Source: a virus
Taxonomy: Duplodnaviria; Caudoviricetes
Direction: 5' to 3' (one strand)
Virus record (IMG/VR): IMGVR_UViG_3300028833_000073
Location: 64,001-128,000 of that record
Length of the DNA: 64,000 nucleotides
This document shows, piece by piece, positions 22,102-31,634 of the stretch (the first letter of the stretch is position 1; each line of letters starts with the position of its first letter). A model generated the notes under the pieces. The model had not been told where the DNA came from. It saw only the letters and a program-made list of their open reading frames with translations, and did not search any database. Position numbers and translations under genes: made by a program.

Positions 22102-22201
22102 GCGACATTACCTCTGATCCTCGTTGTTGTGACTTGCAATCGCTTACGGTGGTATGAATATCACTCGCAATGTCAAACTCAAGGTACCCTATTACTTTTT
22201 G

Positions 22202-22786
22202 TCAAATAGTCTTATCTTTATATTCATTCTCATACTTTCTAGATAGAGTAACACAATACTTATTCATCTCTTCATCTTCTTCACCATTGAGAGTATATAG
22301 AATCATTGTATGGAAGTTAGCATCAAAGGTTACTGCTAGTCTACTTAGGATGTAGTATGAACTAATCATCCACCAACCAGCATCTTGCTTATCATTGAAG
22401 AGAATATCAAAGACTTCTCTATCAATACCAGTTCTATAAGCAAGAATATTAGTGTTTCTTTTTTCTATGTTTTGTTCTCTACAATACTTGAGAACTAGTT
22501 CCTTCATCCATTGGAATTCCGTATAAGGATCTCCCTTGATAGGAATAAACTCTAATGGTTCATCTATCAATCCATACAGATAGTCACAATTGACATTAAG
22601 CTCTCTTGCTATCTCGTATACAAAAGAATCTGGGAACTCGTCTCTTACATAGAAACTATGTAAGATCTCATTAAGTCTTTTATCTGTATGATGGCTATGC
22701 ATTATAAATTTATCTTTAAGACTCTCTACTTCTATTTTTTTCTCTTCACATAACCTTCTAACTCTCATGCAATTTATTGAAATCAT
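22202..22786 (-). CDS. Putative XRE-type helix-turn-helix protein (possibly two HTH domains)
   Basis: VYEIARELNVNCDYLYGL and ILAYRTGIDREVFDIL...ILSRLAVTFDANF resemble XRE HTH; ATG 22786 after RBS AAGGAGTG. Confidence 0.6.
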   Translation of the reverse strand: MISINCMRVRRLCEEKKIEVESLKDKFIMHSHHTDKRLNEILHSFYVRDEFPDSFVYEIARELNVNCDYLYGLIDEPLEFIPIKGDPYTEFQWMKELVLKYCREQNIEKRNTNILAYRTGIDREVFDILFNDKQDAGWWMISSYYILSRLAVTFDANFHTMILYTLNGEEDEEMNKYCVTLSRKYENEYKDKTI

Positions 22787-22790
22787 TATT

Positions 22791-23159
22791 TCACTCCTTC
22801 TTTCTACAAGGGTCATAATCTGGCACTTCAAAGACTCCAGATTTAACAGATTGCTCTTCTAAGTAATCTTCTAGGGTAGTTACCTTGACGACCACTTGAT
22901 TTTGCTTTTTAGAAAAATAGGCATCTTCAAGTGCCCTGTATTTTGTACATTTAGAAAAATCTATAGGTTCCTTAATAAGAGGATCCACTATAGCGAATAC
23001 ATTGCCTCGTTTTATATTAGCCATCCTTCCTCGCTTATATTGTTCATTACCATAAGCATCATCAGGTTGTCTAATATAAATCTTTCTAAGTAATCTATTG
23101 CTTCTATCATAATCATCAACTTCTAAAAACTCTTTAGGAATAACTGTAGATTCATCCAT
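22791..23159 (-). CDS. Hypothetical protein
   Basis: ATG 23159 after RBS GAGGTG; late-type promoter AACT-TCTTAA-TA upstream. Confidence 0.7.
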   Translation of the reverse strand: MDESTVIPKEFLEVDDYDRSNRLLRKIYIRQPDDAYGNEQYKRGRMANIKRGNVFAIVDPLIKEPIDFSKCTKYRALEDAYFSKKQNQVVVKVTTLEDYLEEQSVKSGVFEVPDYDPCRKKE

Positions 23160-23227
23160 TCTTATCACCTCATTAATTATTAAGAAGTTTAAGCTCCTAC
23201 CAATTATGGTAGGAGCTATAATATCCT

Positions 23228-23304
23228 TGGCGGCCCGTATTGAATTCGAATCAATGACCTAGGCTTTAGAAGAGCCTTGCTCTATCCAACTGAGCTAACG
23301 GGCC
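23228..23304 (-). tRNA. tRNA-Arg(UCU)
   Basis: GGCCCGT acceptor stem, D arm GCTC/GAGC, anticodon arm AGGCT-CT-TCT-AA-AGCCT, TTCGAAT T loop, encoded CCA. Confidence 0.95.
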
Positions 23305-23400
23305 AAGATTTTCATACTACTATGTATGTATCTATATAATTTTTAATATACAATAGATACTAAAGTAAATAATATATGTTGTAAAGGAGTGTAATTACAT

Positions 23401-23994
23401 ATGATTAGAAGATCTATTAACATGTCCATAGACAATGACTTGATAGAAAGTCTTAATAATCTTTCAATCAAAAGAAACACATCAAGATCAGATTTGATTA
23501 ATACAATACTTAGAGACAATATTGATAATTACAAAACTAAGAATGTTAGTCTCACTACATCTAACGATACTATACTTACAGCTACTATATCTAAGAATAC
23601 TATGAGTAAACTCAATGAATTACATACTAAGTATAATAGTGATAGATGTAGATATTCTTCTATAGGTAATTACTTAACTTATCTAATCAATGAAACTTAT
23701 AAAGATCATAGTGATAAACTTAAGTCTCTTAGAGATAGTATCAATAATATATACAATAAGAATAATAGAATAGGTACAAATACTAAGAGATATATAGATA
23801 GTAAATGTAGTATACTTAAACAGAATATTAAATGGTTCCAGAATGTAATAGATAATCTTAATAATTCTATTGAATTCAAGAATACTAGGAATAAAGATAT
23901 ACTACAGCATTATATCAATAGAGTAGAAGAATCTCTTAAGAGATTCAATACTTCCATAGATAACTTCAATAATAGTGATATTCCTAAGAAGTAG
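23401..23994 (+). CDS. Ribbon-helix-helix (CopG/Arc-like) DNA-binding protein, probably tandem RHH plus coiled coil
   Basis: N-terminus RSINMSIDNDLIESLNNLSIKRNTSRSDLINTIL fits the RHH pattern; second weaker copy TILTATISKNTMSKL...SIGNYLTYLI. Confidence 0.65.
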   Translation: MIRRSINMSIDNDLIESLNNLSIKRNTSRSDLINTILRDNIDNYKTKNVSLTTSNDTILTATISKNTMSKLNELHTKYNSDRCRYSSIGNYLTYLINETYKDHSDKLKSLRDSINNIYNKNNRIGTNTKRYIDSKCSILKQNIKWFQNVIDNLNNSIEFKNTRNKDILQHYINRVEESLKRFNTSIDNFNNSDIPKK

Positions 23995-24120
23995 TATAAC
24001 AATCACAACAGAAATAGGTAGTCTAATAGACTACCTATATTTTTTGACCAAATTCAAGAATAGGCACATATTATAACTGTGGCATATAGACAATGATATG
24101 TTTAGAAAGGAGGTATTACA

Positions 24121-24231
24121 ATGACTGTATTGGAAGTAGTATACTTAGACATGAATTCTAGAATCACAGTGTATGATTTTAAAATTTTACACACCACTAA
24201 CACAAGAGTAATCAAAACCAGTTTCGTATAA
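24121..24231 (+). CDS. 36-aa early peptide (MTVLEVVYLDMNSRITVYDFKILHTTNTRVIKTSFV)
   Basis: RBS AGAAAGGAGGT; early-type promoter at about 24045-24075. Confidence 0.6.
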   Translation: MTVLEVVYLDMNSRITVYDFKILHTTNTRVIKTSFV

Positions 24232-24250
24232 ATATAATATAATATAAATC

Positions 24251-24448
24251 TTGGGAGCCCAGAGCTAGGAACCAGGAGAACGGAGCTAGGAACCTACCCT
24301 TAGGATGGACTTGGAGGCTAAGAAACTCAGCAGAGGAAAAGACTAACAAAGGACAAACTAGGAGAAGGAAGGATCGAGACGGTAACACCCCAATGGAAAG
24401 AGAAGATATAGAGCCTAGGATGGTAAGGAGCGGCAGCTCCTTACATAT
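24251..24448. other. GGA-rich non-coding tract (candidate ncRNA or origin element)
   Basis: 16 GGA trinucleotides in 24254-24429; direct repeat GAGCTAGGAACC x2; terminal hairpin GTAAGGAGC/GCTCCTTAC. Confidence 0.5.
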
Positions 24449-24531
24449 ATAGGAGTGTTGAGGATAAATGAATATAATACTACTATAAGTAGAATAAGAA
24501 TAATAATCTCAATAGAAAGGATAATACTACT

Positions 24532-24843
24532 ATGAGTAGAATAAATGCATATGTACTCTATAACAAGACTAATGATGATATAGGAGTATTCAATAATCTT
24601 ACATCATGTAGAGTAGCAAGAGATACTTATAGAAAGAAGGGTAGATTATACAAGTACTCTGTAGGAACAGAGAAAGAAGCTATTAATATAGCTAGTAAGA
24701 TAATACATAGTATATTTAATCCAGAATTACCAAAAAGATACTATACATTAGTAAAACCTGTAAAGACTAATGAGATGTGTTCAATAAGAGATCTTATCAG
24801 TGAAGTACCAAGATACTATATCAAAGATGATGATATTGTATGA
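24532..24843 (+). CDS. Hypothetical protein
   Basis: 103 aa; RBS AGAAAGGAT. Confidence 0.65.
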   Translation: MSRINAYVLYNKTNDDIGVFNNLTSCRVARDTYRKKGRLYKYSVGTEKEAINIASKIIHSIFNPELPKRYYTLVKPVKTNEMCSIRDLISEVPRYYIKDDDIV

Positions 24844-24858
24844 AAGGAAGATACTACT

Positions 24859-25416
24859 ATGAGTAATAAGTTTAAAGTACGTACAAGCAGTAGTAATGAC
24901 TACTTAATCTACATGGTAACTAATAAGTTCAATAGTAAAGGATACATAGGATATACAACTAAGAAGAGAATAGAAGATGCAATAATACAAAAAATACACT
25001 TAGCAATAAACAAGACTAATCCATACTCTATGTTTGACTTAGATGTACTAAGTACTCTTAAGAAGATAGACTATAACTATGACTTCATCTATAAAGCTTA
25101 CTCTCAATTCTTACTAGATACTTTTCCATGTACTACACCAATAGATGATATCAATGATATAAAGATAGCATATATCTATAAATATCATACTTTTACTAGT
25201 GGTCTTAATGATACACTCAATGGAATCAGATATGATGAATTACTAATCTTAGTACAAGAGATTGTTGACATGTATCTTCATGGAATGCCAATAGAGAAGA
25301 TAAGTAATACAATATTCAAACCTGAAAGGATGATAGAGATAATACTGAAAGCTAACAACATAGACATCAGTAATCAACCTAAGTTAATAGATCCTCCATT
25401 CAAGATTGTAATCTGA
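24859..25416 (+). CDS. GIY-YIG-like protein (degenerate) with C-terminal HTH-like region
   Basis: YLIYMVTNKFNSKGYIGYT...IAYIYKYHTFTSGLN; the expected catalytic Glu position appears to be Lys. Confidence 0.65.
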   Translation: MSNKFKVRTSSSNDYLIYMVTNKFNSKGYIGYTTKKRIEDAIIQKIHLAINKTNPYSMFDLDVLSTLKKIDYNYDFIYKAYSQFLLDTFPCTTPIDDINDIKIAYIYKYHTFTSGLNDTLNGIRYDELLILVQEIVDMYLHGMPIEKISNTIFKPERMIEIILKANNIDISNQPKLIDPPFKIVI

Positions 25417-25523
25417 TAATACTCATACTATAATAAAATACTACCATCGTTAAGATGGTAGTATTTTATTTTTTATAAATTGATATACATCATCATAAGA
25501 TATAAAAGGAGGTAAGATACCTT

Positions 25524-26882
25524 ATGATAATCACATTTGAAGGTCCTGATTGTTCAGGTAAAACTACACAAGCAAAATCATTAGTGGAGTACATTAATAA
25601 GTACTATCCTAAGTTACATGCAATATATAAGCACTTTCCTAATCATGATAGGAAAGATATACAATTGATTCTACATGATAAGGATGCTAATATTAGTAAT
25701 CCTTATTACATTGCTAGTAGTTATATGAATGAATTCTTCTATGAATTCAATAGTAATGAAAAGTATACTACAGCAGATAACAAAGTAACACTAACATTCA
25801 AAGAAGCAGCTAGAAGAAAGGATGTAGTATTAGTATTAGATAGATACTACTATTCTTCTCTTATCATGTGTCCTCATTGGCCTAACAAGTATGACAATAT
25901 CAAGGATATGACTAGTGAACAAAAAACACAGAAGAATGAATATATTAAGAATCTCTTTGGAGTAACTGGATTACTACTACAGAAGTTTGAATTACCTAGA
26001 CCTGATCTTACTATTGTACTAATTCCTGATAAAGATGAGATGATTAAAAGGATCAGTGAGAAGACAACTATAAAAGAATCAGATAAGTTTGAGACTATAA
26101 AGAAAGCAGAAGAGTTCTATTATGATTACTTAGATTCTATTCTTGATGGTGATGCTTCTATCTATCATATGAATGGAGAGTGGTTTAATCCAGTAGTAAT
26201 CAACAATAGAAAGACTGCATATATTCCTACATCAAAGAAGACTAGTAAGATGGATTCAATTCTACAAGACTATTGTTCAGATATCCTAGATAATACAAAG
26301 GATATCAAAGAAACTAAACTGATGGTAGAAGGAGTATTTGAATCATATCTAAAGACTATCTGTAGAATTACTAATGATAATGAAGAGAAGTCAATCTATA
26401 TCTTCAAAGTAAGTAAGAAAGATCTTGATATATATGAATCTTGTTATAATGATCCTAAAGATAGTGAAGAGACTAAGGAAGAAGAACATGCTACTGGATT
26501 ACTCAATCCAGTAAAAGAATATGACCTTAGTAAGAAAGAAGAGGTTGCATTCTGTAAGATTGGACATCCTACTCCTTACAATGTAATCAATTCTCCTGAT
26601 AAGTATATCTTATCTAAACAATATCCTACTAATGAAAGAGTAATGGTACTTAATATCTTACTTAAGATTCTTAGAGCTGACTATACTAAAGATCAGTTCC
26701 CATCTGCTAAGATTGATGAAGTTACTAGATATATCTATAGGAAGATTGAACAGTTACATGCAGGTTCTGTAGTAAGTACGGAAGGTGGTAAGGTTGAATA
26801 TACTAGAGAAGATAAAGAAGACAACTCAGGAGATCAACCCATTGAAGGAACAAAAGCAGAAGGAAACAAAAAAGAAGAATAG
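25524..26882 (+). CDS. tmk: Thymidylate (dNMP) kinase with long C-terminal extension
   Basis: IITFEGPDCSGKTTQ P-loop; VLVLDRYYYSS; PRPDLTIVL. Confidence 0.85.
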   Translation: MIITFEGPDCSGKTTQAKSLVEYINKYYPKLHAIYKHFPNHDRKDIQLILHDKDANISNPYYIASSYMNEFFYEFNSNEKYTTADNKVTLTFKEAARRKDVVLVLDRYYYSSLIMCPHWPNKYDNIKDMTSEQKTQKNEYIKNLFGVTGLLLQKFELPRPDLTIVLIPDKDEMIKRISEKTTIKESDKFETIKKAEEFYYDYLDSILDGDASIYHMNGEWFNPVVINNRKTAYIPTSKKTSKMDSILQDYCSDILDNTKDIKETKLMVEGVFESYLKTICRITNDNEEKSIYIFKVSKKDLDIYESCYNDPKDSEETKEEEHATGLLNPVKEYDLSKKEEVAFCKIGHPTPYNVINSPDKYILSKQYPTNERVMVLNILLKILRADYTKDQFPSAKIDEVTRYIYRKIEQLHAGSVVSTEGGKVEYTREDKEDNSGDQPIEGTKAEGNKKEE

Positions 26883-27771
26883 TAGTTTAAAGACATTGTT
26901 CTTATGGGATAATGAACCTCTACTCTATAGAGATAATAGAGGTTCTTTTATATGGGCTATACAGATGATAAATCCTGATGAGAGTATGCTAGAGGATTTG
27001 GTTACCTTCTTAGAGGTAACACCTAAGCATGTTACTCATAGATCAGGATCTATTCTATCCATACTTATCTCACTGAACGTATACGATATAATGAACATCC
27101 TAAGAGATAATAGATTCCCATATTCTAGATTGTATAATGAATTTGTTAAGGATGTAGAGTTAGAAGTTCCTGGTAAATATATTCATAGCTATATAACAAA
27201 TAATTTACATTTAGAATTTGCTAGAGAAGAGATAAAACCACAGACTGATGATTACTTCAATGAGAATGATAAAGAATCACTAGCACTGAAGGATAAGTAT
27301 GATATCAAGTATGTATCAGAGAATGTAAAGGTTGTAGGATTAGATATACCTAAGAATATCTATGAGAAGGTAACTAACTTCATTGGTCTTTTAAATCCTA
27401 ATGGTATAAGCTATAATACTTGCTTACAGCTATGCAGGATAACTTTTGATATCACTAACATAGAAGATAGAGACTATGGGAGGTCATTCTCATATAACTT
27501 CCATGATCTATATACTATGATGAAGGATGAACTACTTAATGATGACCCTGGTCCTTATATTGACCTTAAGTATTTACTAGAATCTGAGGGAGAAATAACT
27601 ATTGACTTAGATAATGATCTTGATATATCCAAGATCAATCCTTGGTCAGATAGTGATGAAGATGTTGATGATATTCTTAGTACTGAAGAAGAGATTATAG
27701 ACTCATCTAAAGTACCCGATTCAAACTACATTGGTAAAGAAGGAGAGAATAATAATGGCAATGAGAAATGA
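26785..27771 (+). CDS. Hypothetical protein
   Basis: 328-aa ORF in the operon; start uncertain (overlaps tmk). Confidence 0.7.
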   Translation: MVRLNILEKIKKTTQEINPLKEQKQKETKKKNSSLKTLFLWDNEPLLYRDNRGSFIWAIQMINPDESMLEDLVTFLEVTPKHVTHRSGSILSILISLNVYDIMNILRDNRFPYSRLYNEFVKDVELEVPGKYIHSYITNNLHLEFAREEIKPQTDDYFNENDKESLALKDKYDIKYVSENVKVVGLDIPKNIYEKVTNFIGLLNPNGISYNTCLQLCRITFDITNIEDRDYGRSFSYNFHDLYTMMKDELLNDDPGPYIDLKYLLESEGEITIDLDNDLDISKINPWSDSDEDVDDILSTEEEIIDSSKVPDSNYIGKEGENNNGNEK

Positions 27772-28483
27772 TTATGAGCCTACTAGTGACACTTATGTAA
27801 AGAAGTTTGATAAGCTTAGTGATGGTTTTAAGGAGTTACAGAAGGTAACCAATGATCCCAATATTGAAGGTATTACATTTGATGGATGTGAATCTTTCTT
27901 AGATGAATACAAGGCTATTGCAAAGCATTGCTCTAATATTGTTCTTGATGATAATAACTTCCCTAACTTTATGGGAGAAGACTTCCCTGATGTATATGGA
28001 GTAAGTATCTTTGGTAATCGTTTCTATTTCCGTACCAATGATATCTATAGCTTCTCATTCAATATCAATACAAGAGATATTGATACAGTAGATGCTGAGC
28101 TTTTATCCATGTATATCAGTATCAAGAAGCCACATAATCCTGTTGCAGTAGTCAACTACAATAAAATTGTAAAAGAGCTAAATGATCTAGGCTGGTCAGT
28201 ACATGAAAGTCGCCGTCGTCGTAATTCATTTGGTTATCGTCGTGGTGCTGATAGCTATTTAGTTAATCATATGGTTGACAATAGACTTCAGGCCACTACT
28301 AAGAAGAACACTATTGGACATGACGTTGTAACTACTTCTTCTGAAGAAGAAGGAGACGTATATGTAGCAACTTCTATTCCTATTGACAGTGGTAAGATCA
28401 CTAATGCTATGAATAAGCTTAATGATCTTAACTCTGCTGAGAAGGAAGCATTGTCTAAAGCTCTTGGTAGTGATAATTCCTGA
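27755..28483 (+). CDS. Hypothetical protein
   Basis: ATG 27755 after AAGGAGAG; terminator at about 28507-28540. Confidence 0.75.
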   Translation: MAMRNDYEPTSDTYVKKFDKLSDGFKELQKVTNDPNIEGITFDGCESFLDEYKAIAKHCSNIVLDDNNFPNFMGEDFPDVYGVSIFGNRFYFRTNDIYSFSFNINTRDIDTVDAELLSMYISIKKPHNPVAVVNYNKIVKELNDLGWSVHESRRRRNSFGYRRGADSYLVNHMVDNRLQATTKKNTIGHDVVTTSSEEEGDVYVATSIPIDSGKITNAMNKLNDLNSAEKEALSKALGSDNS

Positions 28484-28604
28484 ACAGCCTAGTAACATAG
28501 AAAATAAGAATGTAGAGCCTTCTATGGCTCTACATTTCTTTTGACCAAATCTAAAAATGGGCATATATTATAGATGTAGCCAAAAGAAGAAAGGATGTGA
28601 TAAA

Positions 28605-29300
28605 GTGGGCATTATAAGAACAGATAGGCCTAAGCCTAGTGAGTACTTCAAAATGCAAAGGGAGTTGAAGAACAATAAGTTTCTGAAAAGATCAGAAAGG
28701 AAGAAAATCATTCGTAAGCTTAATGAGAGGAGGAAGTATTTATCATCCATAGCGGTATGCCAAGTATGGATGTGTGAGCAGGAAGATGATGAAGAAGTAT
28801 ATAAGATTGAGTCTAAAGGAATTACCGAGAAGACTCGTCCTATGCTAGTGTCTATGTGTCATGGAGACAATATTACTGTGTATCCATTGACCACTAGTGA
28901 GAATGCTACTGAGAGGTGTAAGATATACCATAGAATGTGGGATGGATCTGGTATCTGTCTTACAGAACAGCTTAAAGCATTTACAAGAGTTAAGTTCTGG
29001 TTCTATATGAATACAATAGACTTCAGAGAACTAGAAGAGATCAATAATCAATACGCAAAGGAGTTGCTAAAATCAAGAGTACCTACCCTAACGAAGGAAA
29101 CCACCATTCCTTCATATGAGATCAATATGGATAGGAAGCTAGTTACCACTACGGACAAAAGAACTTATTCTCCAGATATCGTTAAATATATCGTAGATAA
29201 CTGGAGTCTATTACCTATGAACAATATCTTGTCGGCATGTAAGGGTTTAAACAGACACGATGTATACAATATTGCTAATGCTAACTTTAGTACAATATAA
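28605..29300 (+). CDS. MazF/PemK-like endoribonuclease-fold protein with N- and C-terminal extensions
   Basis: QVWMCE...KGITEKTRPMLVS...ITVYPLTTS...SGICLTEQLKAF...ELEEINNQY matches the PemK/MazF pattern; GTG 28605 after RBS AGAAAGGATG; early-type promoter just upstream. Confidence 0.6.
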   Translation: MGIIRTDRPKPSEYFKMQRELKNNKFLKRSERKKIIRKLNERRKYLSSIAVCQVWMCEQEDDEEVYKIESKGITEKTRPMLVSMCHGDNITVYPLTTSENATERCKIYHRMWDGSGICLTEQLKAFTRVKFWFYMNTIDFRELEEINNQYAKELLKSRVPTLTKETTIPSYEINMDRKLVTTTDKRTYSPDIVKYIVDNWSLLPMNNILSACKGLNRHDVYNIANANFSTI

Positions 29301-29314
29301 GGGAGAGATTTATA

Positions 29315-30127
29315 ATGGCATTGAATGAAGATCAAGTGAAATTGATGAATTACTATCAGATGGAAGAGTTTAAGCAGAAGCTGATAGAGGATAATAGGCC
29401 AAAAGATGAGAAGGATATGGTTGATGCATATCTTAGTGACTTCTTGAAGTATGCTAAGAAGTTGGGAGAGAATGTTAAAGAACATCCATATGCAGTAGCA
29501 TACATGTTCTTTAGCAAAGGTTATGATGCTGCTCCTCCAGCCACTAGGGGAATCTGTGATCTTTCCAGGATGACAATGTCTAATATGATTCCATTGGATG
29601 CCCTTCTCACAAGGATTCTCTATGATATGGGAGTCAAGATGGGACTGTACTTTGATATGCTGGAGAGGTATAAGATTGATGAAGAGCTTGATGTTATTAA
29701 GGAGGAAGATGACAAGGATAAGCTCTATGATCTGATCATCGCGTTCTTTAAGAATCATATTGATAAGAACGTGGATTATGAGAAAGAGTTCTGTATGTTG
29801 TTGAATGAGGATTCCATTAATACGCTCAAGAATGCGATTGAGAAGTTTGAGCAGATTATGGGAATCTTTAGGAATAACAACATCGAAAGAGATAGGTTGC
29901 TCTTCAATACGGTGATTGCCAAGACTTATAACTTCGATATGGAATATATGACTTCTGTACAGGCAACAAACCATGCATCCTTTATTGATAGCCTCTATAG
30001 AAATCCAAAGAAGTATATGAAAGATTTGGATACTATTGAGGTAGTCAAGCAGGATGAGCATCACCATAGCCATATTGAGAAGGTGCCTGTATATAGGAAG
30101 GAAAAGGTGAATAACGATGAAGGTTAA
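29315..30127 (+). CDS. Hypothetical protein
   Basis: 270 aa; RBS AAGGGAG. Confidence 0.75.
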   Translation: MALNEDQVKLMNYYQMEEFKQKLIEDNRPKDEKDMVDAYLSDFLKYAKKLGENVKEHPYAVAYMFFSKGYDAAPPATRGICDLSRMTMSNMIPLDALLTRILYDMGVKMGLYFDMLERYKIDEELDVIKEEDDKDKLYDLIIAFFKNHIDKNVDYEKEFCMLLNEDSINTLKNAIEKFEQIMGIFRNNNIERDRLLFNTVIAKTYNFDMEYMTSVQATNHASFIDSLYRNPKKYMKDLDTIEVVKQDEHHHSHIEKVPVYRKEKVNNDEG

Positions 30128-30302
30128 AGAGGTTGCTGATTCACTCCGTGGTGCATATCTGTATATTGATGAAGACCTGTATCGTACTGTGGATGTTCCT
30201 GAAGATATTGGAAACAAAGAAGTAGACTTTATGTACATTATAACTGACGGGATAATGACTCTTCATGAAGATAGATACCTTGCAGTAATAACCAAGAAGT
30301 AA
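30117..30302 (+). CDS. Small hypothetical protein
   Basis: 61 aa; RBS AAGGTG; terminator follows. Confidence 0.65.
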   Translation: MKVKEVADSLRGAYLYIDEDLYRTVDVPEDIGNKEVDFMYIITDGIMTLHEDRYLAVITKK

Positions 30303-30393
30303 AATTTTGGGTACCTTAATGGTACCCTTTTTCTTTTTCTTAAAATAGCCTAGTCAGAACATACTGGTAATGATTAAGAAGGGAGCGATACAT

Positions 30394-31185
30394 ATGTCGA
30401 GAGATGTCTTGACAATGAATCATGTCGACCCGATAGATTTCAATGTAATAAGAATTCCATCGCTTCCTGTGTATGATAGAGAAGACTACGACTTCTATGA
30501 TGATAAAGACATAGATAAGTATATAAAGGATGTAGAAAGAGTAGCGAGGAATTCATTTGAGTATCATCGGTTCATTAAGTTCTTACGTACTCGTCTAGAT
30601 ATGAATAAGTGTTCATTCTACGAGAATGTATCTAATAGATTTGGTGATACAGATTGTTTTAAGATAAAGATACATATTCATCATGATCCTTTCACTCTAT
30701 ATGAGATTGCTAAGATAGTATATCTCAAGAGAGCAAAGAGACATGAGAATCTAGATGAACAGTTGACTGCATGTGAAGTGATGCTACTACATTATAACCT
30801 TTTAGTAGGACTCATTCCACTAGCAGAGACTGTACATGAGCTAGTACATAATCAATATCTTTTTGTTCCAACTACTTCAGTTTTTGGCTTCTATAGAGAC
30901 TTCATGGAAATGTATGATGAGTACATAGATCAAGAACTGAAAGATAAGATTGAAAGATTAGAAGAGTTTAGTGCTTTATATGAGGGTGAAGATAAATTCA
31001 TCTTAGATAAGCATTTCCTTTATACTGATCTTTCAGGAACTTATAAACTTCCTAAGTATGAAGATGTTAAAGCTTTTCTTAATGAGCGTATATCTGAGAT
31101 TGATAATGGATTACCATCTCCACACGTGGAACCTAAACCAGTAAAGAAGTTAGTAGATCCACCGTGGAAGATAGTGATAGATTAA
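30394..31185 (+). CDS. HNH/His-Me-finger-like protein (paralog of 44080-44871)
   Basis: NKCSF...IHIHHDPFTL...LIPLAETVHELVH; late-type promoter AACA-TACTGG-TA at 30358. Confidence 0.6.
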   Translation: MSRDVLTMNHVDPIDFNVIRIPSLPVYDREDYDFYDDKDIDKYIKDVERVARNSFEYHRFIKFLRTRLDMNKCSFYENVSNRFGDTDCFKIKIHIHHDPFTLYEIAKIVYLKRAKRHENLDEQLTACEVMLLHYNLLVGLIPLAETVHELVHNQYLFVPTTSVFGFYRDFMEMYDEYIDQELKDKIERLEEFSALYEGEDKFILDKHFLYTDLSGTYKLPKYEDVKAFLNERISEIDNGLPSPHVEPKPVKKLVDPPWKIVID

Positions 31186-31221
31186 GATTAAAATGACATA
31201 AATAGATAGGAGGAAGTAATC

Positions 31222-31584
31222 ATGCAGATTTGTTCTGTTCTTAAGCAGAAGTATGTTGACGGCACTCCAGCCGGTAAGAATTATCTAGTTGCATATTTCC
31301 CTCGTACTAAGGACGAGGTTATTGCAATGATCATGAGGGATAACAAGACTTCTGTATCTAATGTCGTTGCTGTTGATGACGGTAAGGTATGGACGGCTGA
31401 TATGACTAAGGAGTCTGGTGAGAAGTGGAAGCTTACCTTTATTTATCATGAACTCAAGGAGCTTGAAGCCTTCTCCGAGATCAAGAAGCAGATCAAGGGT
31501 CAGATTATCAAGCAGGCTCAGTTCATTGTCAAAACTCCAGTTGAATTCGATGAGATCAATTGGGTAACCAAGTGCTATTTTTGA
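31222..31584 (+). CDS. Hypothetical protein
   Basis: 120 aa; RBS AGGAGG; terminator at about 31600. Confidence 0.75.
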   Translation: MQICSVLKQKYVDGTPAGKNYLVAYFPRTKDEVIAMIMRDNKTSVSNVVAVDDGKVWTADMTKESGEKWKLTFIYHELKELEAFSEIKKQIKGQIIKQAQFIVKTPVEFDEINWVTKCYF

Positions 31585-31634
31585 TACATGGTGATACGAG
31601 GGACTACCTTAGGGTAGTCCCTTTTAAATAAGGA

